Translations under genes and position numbers: made by a program
The notes under the pieces: model-generated
The model's database searches: none
What the model saw: only the letters and a program-made list of their open reading frames with translations
What the model was told of the DNA's origin: nothing
Assembly (NCBI RefSeq): GCF_040398645.1
Contig: NZ_JBBATR010000008.1
Location: forward strand, 19,919 to 68,611
DNA length: 48,693 bases
Direction: 5' to 3'
Source: Sandarakinorhabdus sp.
GTDB lineage: Bacteria; Pseudomonadota; Alphaproteobacteria; Sphingomonadales; Sphingomonadaceae
Shown here: positions 11,094 through 21,800 of the stretch, in pieces
Numbering within the stretch: position 1 is the stretch's first letter
Layout: every line of letters starts with the position of its first letter

Positions 11094-11384
11094 GTGCTTG
11101 TGTTAGCCGATTGGCCGGGATTGGCGCGAGCCCATAATTCAACGATGCTCGCCGCTGCACTGGCTTTCCTGCCGCTAAACCACCGCAAGAGCGCTGCAAT
11201 ATCGGGGCTAATTGGGCCAAAACCAATCCCTGCTTGCAACCAGACGAAATTCCCCTATACGGCGCTCCTTCGTTCGTCGTCTGACGCGCACCTGATCCGG
11301 CTGGTACTCTAGTCGCACAATCAATGGCGGGTGCGCACCAGGGGACTGCACAATTGCTGTTTTACCAATGGATACAGGTGCCTC

Positions 11385-11564
11385 ATGGCCGTTCCCAAGC
11401 GCAAGACCTCACCTTCACGCCGCAACATGCGCCGCAGCCACCACGCCTTGACGGCCGTGCAGTTCCAGGAATGTTCGAACTGCGGTGAGCTGAAACTGCC
11501 GCACAACCTGTGCGGCGCTTGCGGCCATTACAACGGCCGCGAAGTTGTCGCTGTCGAAGCCTGA
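11385..11564 (+). CDS. rpmF: 50S ribosomal protein L32
   Basis: [19 protein letters not shown]...CSNCGE..LPHNLC..CGHYNGR (zinc-binding form). Start moved to ATG 11385. Confidence 0.97.
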   Translation: MAVPKRKTSPSRRNMRRSHHALTAVQFQECSNCGELKLPHNLCGACGHYNGREVVAVEA

Positions 11565-11605
11565 TCAAAGACCAGACCCAGGCAGCGCTGGCCAGTCAAG
11601 ATCGT

Positions 11606-12673
11606 ATGACAGGCCAGCCCCACGCGCCAGGCGGCCCGGTTGTCGCGTTGGACGTGATGAGCGGCGAAGCGGGCGTTGCCGAGGCTGTCGCTGCCGCTGA
11701 CATCGCAGCGGAACGCTATCCGCGCCTGAGCTTTCTGCTGCACGGCCGCGAGCCTGATATTGCAGCACAATTGCTGCGCTGGCCGCGCCTGGCAGGGCGC
11801 GCTCGCATCATTCACAGCGACGATATCGTGGTGATGACCGACAAACCGGCGCACGCGCTGCGCCGGGCGCGCACCACATCGATGGGCATGGCCATCGATG
11901 CCGTGAAACGCGGCGATGCCCATGCCGCCGTGTCGGCTGGCAACACCGGCGCCCTGATGGCGATGGCGCTGTTTGGCCTGCGCACCATGCCAGGCATCGA
12001 TCGCCCGGCGCTGGCGGCCTTGCTGCCCACCATGAAATCCGAATCGGTGATGCTCGATCTAGGTGCCAACACCGACTGCGATGCAACCAATCTGGTGCAG
12101 TTTGCCGTGATGGGCGCCGCCTTTGCGCGCACGGTGCTGGGGCTGGAGCGGCCGCGCGTTGGCTTGCTCAATATCGGCGAAGAGGAATTGAAAGGCACGG
12201 GCGAGATTCGCAAGGCCGCCGCCACGCTGCGCGCTGCCGCATTGCCGATGGAGTTCGTCGGCTTTGTCGAAGGTGACAAGATCGGCACCGGCGATATCGA
12301 TGTGGTGGTCACCGATGGCTTTACCGGCAATGTCGCGTTGAAAACTGCTGAAGGCACCAGTCGGCTGGTGACCGGCCTGCTCGGCAATGCCTTTCGCTCG
12401 TCCATCTGGGGAAAGCTGGGCTATTTCATCGCGCGCGGCGCGCTGCAATCGCTGCGTGCGCATCTCGATCCCAACGCGCACAATGGTGCGGTGTTTCTGG
12501 GCCTGAATGGCCTTGTGGTAAAAAGCCACGGCGGTGCCAATGCCCGCGGACTGGCCAACGCCATCGGCGTGGCGCATGATCTGATAATCGACGATGTGAG
12601 CCGCCGGATCAGCGCCGATCTGGCTGAAATCGTCATGGCGCGTGACAATCAACCGGAGCCTAACGCAGCGTGA
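11606..12673 (+). CDS. plsX: Phosphate acyltransferase PlsX
   Basis: [51 protein letters not shown]. Located between rpmF and fabH. Confidence 0.96.
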   Translation: MTGQPHAPGGPVVALDVMSGEAGVAEAVAAADIAAERYPRLSFLLHGREPDIAAQLLRWPRLAGRARIIHSDDIVVMTDKPAHALRRARTTSMGMAIDAVKRGDAHAAVSAGNTGALMAMALFGLRTMPGIDRPALAALLPTMKSESVMLDLGANTDCDATNLVQFAVMGAAFARTVLGLERPRVGLLNIGEEELKGTGEIRKAAATLRAAALPMEFVGFVEGDKIGTGDIDVVVTDGFTGNVALKTAEGTSRLVTGLLGNAFRSSIWGKLGYFIARGALQSLRAHLDPNAHNGAVFLGLNGLVVKSHGGANARGLANAIGVAHDLIIDDVSRRISADLAEIVMARDNQPEPNAA

Positions 12674-13647
12674 CCAAACGTCGGTCTGTCATCATCGGCA
12701 CCGGCAGCTATCTGCCTCAAACCGTGCTCAGCAACGATGATCTGGCGGCGCGGCTCGATACATCGGATGCGTGGATCGTCGAACGCACCGGCATTTGCAG
12801 CCGCCATGTTGCCGCCCCAGGTGAATTCACGTCCGATCTGGGTGCGGAGGCGGCGCGGCGCGCCCTGGCGGCCGCCGGCTGCACGCCGGCCGATATCGAT
12901 CTGATCGTGGTGGCCACAGCCACGCCGGATCAGACATTTCCAGCCGTTGCCACGGTGATTCAGCACAAGCTGGGCATGACACATGGCGCGGCCTTTGATG
13001 TTGCGGCGGTCTGTTCGGGGTTTTTGTACGCGCTCACGGTTGCCGATGCCTTGCTCGCTAGCGGCGGCTATGGCCGGGCGCTGGTGATTGGCGCCGAAAC
13101 CATGACACGCCTGCTGGATTGGGACGATCGCACCACGGCCGTGCTGTTCGGCGACGGAGCCGGCGCTGTCGTGCTGGAAGCCCAGATGCAGCCGGGCAGC
13201 GCAGCGGATCGCGGCGTGCTGGCCAGCCGGCTGCACAGCGACGGCCGCTACAATGATCTTTTGCATGTCGATGGCGGGCCAAGCTCCACGGGAACCACCG
13301 GCCATCTGCGCATGAAGGGCCGAGAAGTGTTCCGCCACGCCGTGGTCAATCTGGCCAGCGTGATGGGCGAAGTGCTTGAAGCGGCGGGCCTTACGGCAGC
13401 CGATGTGACCTGGCTGGTGCCGCATCAGGCCAATCTGCGCATCCTGGAGGCCACCGCCCGCAAGCTGAATTTGCCGGCCGATCGCGTGGTGATCACGGTC
13501 GATCGCCACGCCAACACCTCGGCGGCTTCAGTGCCGCTGGCGCTGGATGCCGCCGTGCGCGATGGCCGAATCCAGCCCGGCGATCTGGTGCTGCTGGAGG
13601 CAATGGGCGGCGGGTTCACCTGGGGCGCAGCGGCCGTGCGCTGGTGA
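12670..13647 (+). CDS. fabH: Beta-ketoacyl-ACP synthase III
   Basis: Catalytic triad AVCSGF (Cys), VPHQAN (His), HANTSAAS (Asn); GGGFTWG. Confidence 0.97.
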   Translation: MTKRRSVIIGTGSYLPQTVLSNDDLAARLDTSDAWIVERTGICSRHVAAPGEFTSDLGAEAARRALAAAGCTPADIDLIVVATATPDQTFPAVATVIQHKLGMTHGAAFDVAAVCSGFLYALTVADALLASGGYGRALVIGAETMTRLLDWDDRTTAVLFGDGAGAVVLEAQMQPGSAADRGVLASRLHSDGRYNDLLHVDGGPSSTGTTGHLRMKGREVFRHAVVNLASVMGEVLEAAGLTAADVTWLVPHQANLRILEATARKLNLPADRVVITVDRHANTSAASVPLALDAAVRDGRIQPGDLVLLEAMGGGFTWGAAAVRW

Positions 13648-13791
13648 TTGCCGCAGTGTGATTGCCCCATGCGGCAGCCTGCGGCAAAATGACTGGCGAA
13701 TCGCAAAAACCTGCGTAGAATTAGTGATTAACGTGACTGCAATGCAGCAGTTGATTTTACATTCACGGTATTTGTGACGATGGGGGAAAAC

Positions 13792-14097
13792 ATGAACAGC
13801 ATTACTGCGGCAGGCAGCGTGACCAGAGCCGATCTGGCGGATTCAGTGCACCGAGAAATCGGCCTGTCACGCACCGAATCGGCCGATCTGGTCGAACAGG
13901 TGCTGGAACAGGTCAGCGTTTCGTTGGTTGCCGGCCAGAATGTCAAAATCTCCAGCTTTGGCAGTTTCGTGTTGCGCGAAAAGGGCCTGCGCGTCGGCCG
14001 CAACCCCAAAACCGGCGTGGAAGTGCCAATCGAACCGCGCACCGTGTTGACCTTCCGGCCCAGCCAGTTGCTGCGCGAAGCCATCAACCAGGATTGA
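13792..14097 (+). CDS. ihfA: Integration host factor alpha subunit
   Basis: [43 protein letters not shown] before ATG 13792. Conserved position after fabH. Confidence 0.95.
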   Translation: MNSITAAGSVTRADLADSVHREIGLSRTESADLVEQVLEQVSVSLVAGQNVKISSFGSFVLREKGLRVGRNPKTGVEVPIEPRTVLTFRPSQLLREAINQD

Positions 14098-14108
14098 TCG
14101 CACCTGCC

Positions 14109-14450
14109 ATGGCCGAAAAATCCGAAACGGCGTTTCGCACCATTTCCGAAGCAGCCGATGATATCGGCTTGCCGGCGCATGTGCTGCGCTTTTGGGAAAC
14201 GCGCTTTGCCCAGTTGCAGCCGATGAAGCGCGCCGGCGGGCGGCGCTACTATCGCCAGGCCGACATGGCATTGCTGCGCCAGATCAAGGCCTTGCTGCAA
14301 GATCAAGGGATGACGATTCGCGGCGCGCAAATGATCATTGCCAGCAAGGCCAGCACCCCTGACGCAACGCAGGCTGCCACGCTGGTGCCAATAGACCGCG
14401 GCGCGTTATTGGCCATCCGCAACCGGCTAGCTTGCGCCTTGGCAGCCTGA
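14109..14450 (+). CDS. MerR-family HTH regulator (ihfA-linked type)
   Basis: AFRTISEAA...[30 protein letters not shown]. Typical gene found after ihfA. Confidence 0.9.
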   Translation: MAEKSETAFRTISEAADDIGLPAHVLRFWETRFAQLQPMKRAGGRRYYRQADMALLRQIKALLQDQGMTIRGAQMIIASKASTPDATQAATLVPIDRGALLAIRNRLACALAA

Positions 14451-15178
14451 TGCCGATGCGATGTCTTGCGTTGTTCAGTGCCAAGGGCGGGGTTGGCAAG
14501 ACCGCGCTGGCGGTCAATCTTGCGCATGCTGCTGCCACTTTGTCGGGACGGCGCACGCTGCTCATCGATCTTGATCCGCAGGGCGCTGCCACTTGGCTGC
14601 TGCAAATCGAGCCGCGCGGCGGTGCCAAGGCCCGCAAACGGCTCGGCGGCGGCGGCCTTGATGATCTGATCCAGCCCACCGCCTATGACAATCTGGATGT
14701 GCTGCCGGCGGATCGCTCGCTGCGCCGGCTCGAAGCTGATCTGGCCGGGCAAGACAGCGAAAAATGGCTGCGCAAGGCGCTGAAACCGCTGGAAGACCGT
14801 TATGACCGCATCATCCTGGATTGCCCGCCGGGCCTCACCGAACTGGCTGATCAGATGTTTCGGGCCGCTGATCTGATCATGGTGCCGGTGATCCCGACGC
14901 CGCTGTCCACCCGCGCCTTTGCCCAATTGCAGGAGCATCTGGCGGCTGAAATGAAGGCCCCGCCGCCCCTGCTGCCGGTGTACAGCCTCGCCGATCGCCG
15001 CAAGACGCTGCACAAGACAGCGATGGCCGCGCAGCCGGATTGGCCGGTGATTCCCTATGCCAGCGCCATCGAAGCGATGGCCGCCAGCCGCCGCCCGTTG
15101 CTGGCCGGGCCAAGCACGCCGGCGGCCCGCGCCATTGCTGCCCTGTGGGCGGATGTGGAGCGGCAGCTCACCCGTTGA
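14450..15178 (+). CDS. ParA/MinD-family ATPase (orphan)
   Basis: Deviant Walker A KGGVGKT, IDLDPQG, ILDCPP. The ATG overlaps the merR stop (TGATG). Confidence 0.88.
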   Translation: MPMRCLALFSAKGGVGKTALAVNLAHAAATLSGRRTLLIDLDPQGAATWLLQIEPRGGAKARKRLGGGGLDDLIQPTAYDNLDVLPADRSLRRLEADLAGQDSEKWLRKALKPLEDRYDRIILDCPPGLTELADQMFRAADLIMVPVIPTPLSTRAFAQLQEHLAAEMKAPPPLLPVYSLADRRKTLHKTAMAAQPDWPVIPYASAIEAMAASRRPLLAGPSTPAARAIAALWADVERQLTR

Positions 15179-15197
15179 GCCGCCGCCACTCTTTAAC

Positions 15198-18100
15198 TCA
15201 CACCGTAAGCGACATGCCGCGATAGATGCGGCTGCGGTACCGGCTGTCTTCGGCATCGGGCAGCGGCGCGCCGGCCAGCAGCACGGCGCGGGCGAAGCGG
15301 CGCACTTCCTCGTCATGCTCGGCGGCGTTCTTGGGCTCTTCTGATCGCACCCGCCGGGTCAGGTTGATCTGGTTCACGGCCACTTCGTGGACAAGCCGTT
15401 CATTTTCCACGGCAATCGTCGCGGTGAAGGCATGCAGCGTCGTCTTGACGAAATTTGCCAGTGCAAAGGCCCCCTTGGCGCCGGCGCCCATCGGCACATC
15501 CGGCGACACCAACACCAACTGGCAATCATCGAACAGCGACACCTTGCGGGCGATGCGGAAGTGATGCGTCAGGTTGGTTTCGACCACATCAGCAAAGCCA
15601 TCACCGTCCAGCGGCCGATCAGCATCGAACAATTGATCCGGCAGCGGTTTGAGCGGTGTGGAAACGATGGTGGTGGGGTGGCCCCAGCTGGCCAGCGCCG
15701 CATCCATCGTGGTTTCGATATCGCCGTCGATCACCAGTGTGTTCACGCGGTCGCTGCCGCTGCCGATGTGCGCCTTGATCGCTTCTCCGGCAGCAGCCGT
15801 TGCGGTGATCAGCACCACGCGGGCCACATCACAATCCAGGAAGCCCTGCGCCGCCGCGCCCAGATAATCGGCCAGGTGTTCGCCAACCAGCCACACGGTT
15901 TTGCCGCCCATCTGCACCAGGCGTTCGGCCTTGGGACTGCCGAACAATTCGCGTTCGGTGGCCGATCGTTCGACGTTGAGACCGCCCGACGGCATGAAGG
16001 TTTCGCCGGACACGGCGCGATCGGCCAAGAAAAACACCGTGGCCTGTGCCACTTCGGTTTCGGTCGGCATCTTGCCGAGATGCAGCTGCGACAGCACCCC
16101 GCCGCGCACCTTGGCGGCTTCGCGCCCGATCTGCGCAACCGGCAACCACGGCAGATCATCGGGCGGCACCCGCACCAGCCAATCGGCTTCATCACGCGTC
16201 TGCCAATCGGTGCCGATCAGCCAGCCGCCCAGCCGCAGCCGCTTCAGCAGCTTGGCAGCCAGCACCGGGGTGAGGATGAACCGGTCCCAGCAGCAGCTTT
16301 CATCGCCTTCGCGGGCGCAGGCCAGCGCGAGATCGCGCAGCGGCTGCGGATTGGATTTGTCGTGGCTCAATTGCACCGAATCGTTGCGGGCCAGCCGCGC
16401 CAGGATTTGCGCCACCGATCCACCAGCGCGCACAGCCTTGATCACAGCAGCATGCACGGCATTCAAGCGCTTGTTTTCAAGGATCAGCCGTCCGCGCCGT
16501 TCGAACAAGCCGGGCTTGCCGCCCAATCCCGCCAGCCGGTCACCATCCACCGGGCCAGGCGCAATCGCATTGATCTGGATCTGCGGGCCCAAGTGGCGGG
16601 CCATCGATTCGACCATGGCGCGCTGCCCGGATTTGGACACGGCATAATCACTGCGGTTGGGGTAAGACACCGCCAGATACTTCTCGCCGCCAAAATAGCT
16701 CGATACGTTCAGGATATAACCTGAACCCTGCTGGCGCATCATCGGCACCACCATGTGCATCAAGGCGTAATTGGAGATGAGATTGGCAAATTGCGTGCCG
16801 CGGAATGCATCCACGCTCATATCGACAGCCATTTCCTCGGCCCCCGACACGCCCGCGTTGTTGATCAGATAATCGATGCGGCCAAAGGACCGCACGGTTT
16901 CATCTACGGCATGTTGCAGCGATGCCATGTTGGCAACATCGATGCCAGCCAGCGTGCGCACCCGGCGCTCCACGCCGGCGAAGCCGATATCCTGCAATTC
17001 GCCAACAATGCGTTCGCGCGCTGCATCCAGTTCGGAGGCGCGGCGGGCGACGATCATCACCTTGGCCCCGGCCAATGCCAGCAGCCGGGCCAGCGCCCCG
17101 CCGATGCCGGCCGAACCGCCGGTGATCAGCGCGACCTTGCCCAAATGGAGCCCCGTGATGTTTTCAGCCGTGCCGATCAGCGCACGGCGGGCGCCAGTGG
17201 CTTTGGCAATGCTGGCGGGCAAATAAAGATTGATCGGTTCGACCTTGCGTTCGCCAAGCAGCAACCTTGCGGCGTGGCCGGCGGCAAATGACAAATTCTC
17301 GGCTTCGCTGTTGATGTGGCGCACGATCTGGTTGCCCCACACTGTGCGCGAGGACTTGCCCTGCGCATGGGCCACCCCGGCCTCATCGCGCCAGACCCGC
17401 AGCAGTTCTTCGATGGCCGCGCGGCCAACATCGGCCCAGATATTCCCCGCCCCATCATCGCCATTGCCGATGAACAGCACGCGCGGATCACTGGCAAGAT
17501 CGCAGCGCTGCTGCCAATAGCGATCCAGCGTGCGCGCCACCGCAATGGCGCCTTCCAGTTCATCATCGACAAAACGTTCGACAGCCGCGTCGCTAGCCTG
17601 CGCCAATGGACCGGTGAAATAGCCGTTGCTGCGCGTGGGCAGCACCACCACGCCGGCGATGGCGCCGCTGGCAGCGGTAAACGCGTCAAGGGCCGCATCC
17701 ATTTCGCTGTGATCATGGCGCGGAAACTGCACTGCGGTCACGCCGTCTGGAAGGCGGTCAGCAGCATCATCCAGCGCAGCCTGAGCATGAAAACCAATGA
17801 GCACGCGCGCGCCCTGCGCGGCAAAGATGCCGGCCATGGCCAGCGCATCGTCCAGTTGGTTGCCAGCGCTGATCAAGATGCCTTGGCCATCACCGTCCAC
17901 CGAGCGCATGTCCGGCCGATGCAGAAATTCGCTGCGCGATTCTAGCGGAACCGCCATGCCGTGCGTCACTTCAAAATCATGCGCCGCAAACGCCGCTGAT
18001 TCGTCGCTGCCCAGAAACACGCAGGCATTGGCAATATCCGCCGGCGTCGGAAAGGTCTTGGCCTTGGGTTCGCCATCGACGCTGCGTTCCAGTGCCATCA

Positions 18101-18848
18101 AATCAAAGAAGTGATTGGCCGTGCTGCCGTCCGCATCGCCTTTCAACTTGTCCATGGCGGCAAACACCGTGCGGATGCGTTCGGACGCGATCGGGCCGGG
18201 ATACAACTGGTTGACTCGGATGCCGTGCGCACCAAGCTCGCGCGCCAGGCCCTTGGAGAGAAGATTCAGCGCCGCCTTGGGCACCGTATAGGCCGCGCGG
18301 CCGAAATAATCGGTGCGCGAAAAAATCGTCGAGACGTTGATGATGCTACCGCCCTGCCCCATCGACGGCGCCGCGGCGCGCACCATGTTCCACGCCACCA
18401 CCATGATATTGCGGGCCGCATCGCCCACGGTTTCGCTGTCCGGGGTGCCATCAAGCTCCTCGCGCAGCAGCGGCAGATCGCCCAGCACCTGCTTTGGCCC
18501 CGCCGATCCGGCATTGTTGACCAGCACATCGATACGGCCATGGCGGGCAACGACCTCGGCGATGCCGGCGCGCACCGATTCGATATCGGCGCCGTCCATG
18601 GTGACGATGCTGGCCTGGCCTTCTGGCACGCCGCTATCGGCAAGCGCCGCTGCCATCGCCGCGCTGGTGCGCGACGCATCCCGGCCGGACATCACCACCG
18701 TTGCGCCTTCGGCCAGATAGCGGCGCACGATGCTGCCGCCCAGATTGCCGGCAGCACCGGTGATCAGCGCCACCTTGCCTGCCAGCCGGCCGGGACGATC
18801 GCCTTGCGCGGCGGCATCGACATGCATTGATTTGGCCACTGTGTTCAT
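15198..18848 (-). CDS. mcr: Bifunctional malonyl-CoA reductase (malonyl-CoA to 3-hydroxypropionate), tandem SDR domains
   Basis: About 1216 aa. N-terminal SDR (TGAAGNLG, NNAG, YTVPK) and C-terminal SDR (TGGSAGIG, NNAG, SSYFGGEKY..V.YPNRSDYAVSK). Size and layout match Chloroflexus/Erythrobacteraceae Mcr. ATGA overlap with pcs. Confidence 0.9.
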   Translation of the reverse strand: MNTVAKSMHVDAAAQGDRPGRLAGKVALITGAAGNLGGSIVRRYLAEGATVVMSGRDASRTSAAMAAALADSGVPEGQASIVTMDGADIESVRAGIAEVVARHGRIDVLVNNAGSAGPKQVLGDLPLLREELDGTPDSETVGDAARNIMVVAWNMVRAAAPSMGQGGSIINVSTIFSRTDYFGRAAYTVPKAALNLLSKGLARELGAHGIRVNQLYPGPIASERIRTVFAAMDKLKGDADGSTANHFFDLMALERSVDGEPKAKTFPTPADIANACVFLGSDESAAFAAHDFEVTHGMAVPLESRSEFLHRPDMRSVDGDGQGILISAGNQLDDALAMAGIFAAQGARVLIGFHAQAALDDAADRLPDGVTAVQFPRHDHSEMDAALDAFTAASGAIAGVVVLPTRSNGYFTGPLAQASDAAVERFVDDELEGAIAVARTLDRYWQQRCDLASDPRVLFIGNGDDGAGNIWADVGRAAIEELLRVWRDEAGVAHAQGKSSRTVWGNQIVRHINSEAENLSFAAGHAARLLLGERKVEPINLYLPASIAKATGARRALIGTAENITGLHLGKVALITGGSAGIGGALARLLALAGAKVMIVARRASELDAARERIVGELQDIGFAGVERRVRTLAGIDVANMASLQHAVDETVRSFGRIDYLINNAGVSGAEEMAVDMSVDAFRGTQFANLISNYALMHMVVPMMRQQGSGYILNVSSYFGGEKYLAVSYPNRSDYAVSKSGQRAMVESMARHLGPQIQINAIAPGPVDGDRLAGLGGKPGLFERRGRLILENKRLNAVHAAVIKAVRAGGSVAQILARLARNDSVQLSHDKSNPQPLRDLALACAREGDESCCWDRFILTPVLAAKLLKRLRLGGWLIGTDWQTRDEADWLVRVPPDDLPWLPVAQIGREAAKVRGGVLSQLHLGKMPTETEVAQATVFFLADRAVSGETFMPSGGLNVERSATERELFGSPKAERLVQMGGKTVWLVGEHLADYLGAAAQGFLDCDVARVVLITATAAAGEAIKAHIGSGSDRVNTLVIDGDIETTMDAALASWGHPTTIVSTPLKPLPDQLFDADRPLDGDGFADVVETNLTHHFRIARKVSLFDDCQLVLVSPDVPMGAGAKGAFALANFVKTTLHAFTATIAVENERLVHEVAVNQINLTRRVRSEEPKNAAEHDEEVRRFARAVLLAGAPLPDAEDSRYRSRIYRGMSLTV

Positions 18849-21800
18849 TCCCCCTGCCCTTCGGCTTGACCTGATGTCCCCAAAGACGCCCACGCCTCGT
18901 AGAGCTCATCCTTGCCGCGCAGGCCCATCGCCGGCAGCGCGTGATTGACGATATAGGTCGCGCCGGTGTGACGATTGTCCCACATCGATTGGTGCGCTTC
19001 GGGCAGGCCCTCCCATGGCACCACTGTCGGCTCGGTCACGTCCAGGATGCTGGCTGCGATCATGTCGTTCATGCGCGTCACTTCATAAGCGTTGCAGAGG
19101 TGAGTGCCGCGAATTTCGGCCATCGGCATGACGATGCGGCGCTGGCGCGTCCACACCTGCGGCGCGTAGAAATTGTAGCGCTGGCCGGCCATGTCCTCGC
19201 AATAGACCACGCGGCCAGTGAAGGGCTTAACCAGCGCCGTGGTCACGCCCAGCGTGTCCTGCCCGGCGCGTTCCAGCACGATATCAGGATTGCCGCGCGG
19301 ATTGTCCGGCGAACGCAGCAGCTTGCCCACGGCGTTGCCAAAGGGCTTCAGCGTCTTGTCCTGGAACAGCCGCACCGCTTCGCGGAAGGTTTCGATATTG
19401 TCGCGGGCCACCGGGAGGCGCGGCATGGTGTCGGGCCAATCGAAATTGGCGCCCTCCCGCCGCTTGATGCCTTCCAGGCTCACCACCCCGGCCACGGCAT
19501 CTTCAAAGCCCAGCGACAGGATGAATTCACGCTGGCCATCAGTGCTGGTGACCACGACGATGCGGCAACCCAGCGCACGGGTGGCCTCGATCATTTCCAG
19601 GCCGGTGGCATCGGCCAGCGCCGTGGTGCCCGGTCCATAGAAAATCAGCACCGCTTCGCCGCCGCGCGCGCCGGCCCTCGCCAGCATGGTGACCGGATCG
19701 CAGCCGCCTCGCTTACCCATGAAGCTGAGGTGATAGCCCGACGATGCACCATAAAAGGCCAGGACACCGCCATCGCCAAGCAACTGGAACGAGCGTGCAA
19801 AGGCGGTTTCGCCAGCATGGCTGACGGCATAATCTGCCAGCTTGCCGCCGTTGATCGCCTTGTATTCGGCGACCAGCGCCCCGCCGGCCTGCTCCCATGC
19901 CGCCCAATCGGCTTTGCTGCCATCAGGCACGGCGGTGAACAGGCTGGCAAAGCGCGCATCGGTGCGGTCCAGCGCGCCAACAGCGCCCTTGGATTTCACA
20001 AAGGCGGCGCGCGCCGGGCTTGAGACCAGTCCGGTTACCAGCAGGCCACTCGCTCTGGCCGATTTCAGCGCATCAAGGCCGGTGCCGGTCGCCGATCCTT
20101 CGATAAAGATTGTCTTGCCGCCAATGATTTCCAGCGTGGTGAACAGGCAGCGCCAGATCGTACCGAGATTGAGAATATAGCTTCCGGCCTGTTCCAGCGT
20201 CAGATCGCCAGGCACACCGTGCAGTTGCGGCGCCTGCACGGTCAGGAACTGGGCATGGCTGCCCGATTTGGTTTCATAGCCCTGGATGGAGAAATCCGCA
20301 TACATCGGATCGCGCCCGGCAGCCGGCGACAGCAGATCGGATGTACCGGAATAGACCGCCACCAGATCGCCAACCTTCAAACGGCCCTGGCCGCGCACTT
20401 CGCTGCCCAGCGCTGCCACCAGCGCGAGGCCGCCAGAACCCGTCAACTGCACATCTTCTTCATGATTGTCGAACGGCGACACCGGAATGCCCGTCAGCGC
20501 CCAGATATCATTGAAGTTCACTTCCGACGTGAGCAGATAGACCAGTGCCTCGTTGGGCTCCGGTTGCGGCGTGGCGACGATGAGCGGCTTTTCGTGGCTG
20601 GCGGGCGGGCCGAACTGCGGCGCGCCGGTATCGGGATCGCGGGCGATTCCAAAGCCATATTGGTGGCCGGGGATCGGCGTGATGCCCGGGAAAAACGGCG
20701 CGCCAACCGGAAGCAGATCGCCAACGGCCTCCAGATGCGCTGCGCGGGCAGCAAATTCCGCCGCGATGTGCACGCCATTGCGCCGCACCGGCAGCGGCGG
20801 CGCCTTCTTGTCCATGAACAGGCGGATGCCGGTCTTGCCGCCATCGGGATCGACCACGGCCTGCGCGAACTCCTCAGCTTCGCGGGCCAGGCCGGCGGCC
20901 ATACCCTGATGCCAACCAGTGCGAATGGCCGCGATGGCGCGGCTGCCGGCCTTACCGCGGCCGGCCCATTCCAGTTGCCGCAAGATGCGCTGCACAAACG
21001 GATCGGCCAGCGCGTCATCCAGATCGACATGGCCGGGATGCTGCCAAGCTGAATTGGCGGCTTTGCGCCGTTCCGCCCATGCCCGGCCGAGATGGCTGTG
21101 ATCGCCCAGCCGCACGAAATCGCGCACGGCGGCGTGGGCCAGGCTGAGCGCATCGCTGACCCCGTCGGCCACGGCATCGATGGCGCCCATGGTCAACGCT
21201 GCAGCCGCATCGACACTGCGCCCACCCAAAATCAGATCGAGCGCATCCAGCAAGCCTTCGTGGCCGCGGCGGTCGCTGAGCAAGCGCGGCAGGCGCTGGG
21301 TGCCGCCATAGCCGGGCAGCAAGCGCAGGCGGATTTCCGGCTGGCCAAAGCGGGCGTGCGCCTCGGCAACGCGGTAATGGCAGGCCAGCGCAAATTCCAT
21401 GCCGCCGCCCAGTGCCACGCCCTGGATGGCCGCGATGCACGGCTTGCCCATCTGCTCGATCTTGCCGAACGCCAGTTGGGCGTTGGCCGGCAGCACGCGG
21501 GCTTCCTCGACGGTGTGGATTTCATCGAGGAACTGGCGAATATCGGCCCCGGCCACAAAGCTGGCGGTGCCATCCCCGGTGAACACTACGGCCGCGACAT
21601 CATCGCGGCGCGACAGGTGCTCAACCACGATCACCAGCTCATCAATGGCGCGTTCGTTCAGCGCGTTGACCGGCGGATTGGTGATGAACACCGTGGCAAC
21701 CCTCTTGCCCGGCGCCACGAAGTTGTATTGAATGCGGAAGTAACGGTAACGATCGAAGATATCTTGATCGGCTGACAGGCGCTGCTTGCGTTCCCAGGCG

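Noticed and set aside
11606-18848. Functional link between plsX/fabH (malonyl-ACP consumers) and the neighbouring malonyl-CoA reductase
   Set aside because: Opposite strands and separate operons. rpmF-plsX-fabH-ihfA-merR is a widely conserved block, so the proximity is probably incidental.
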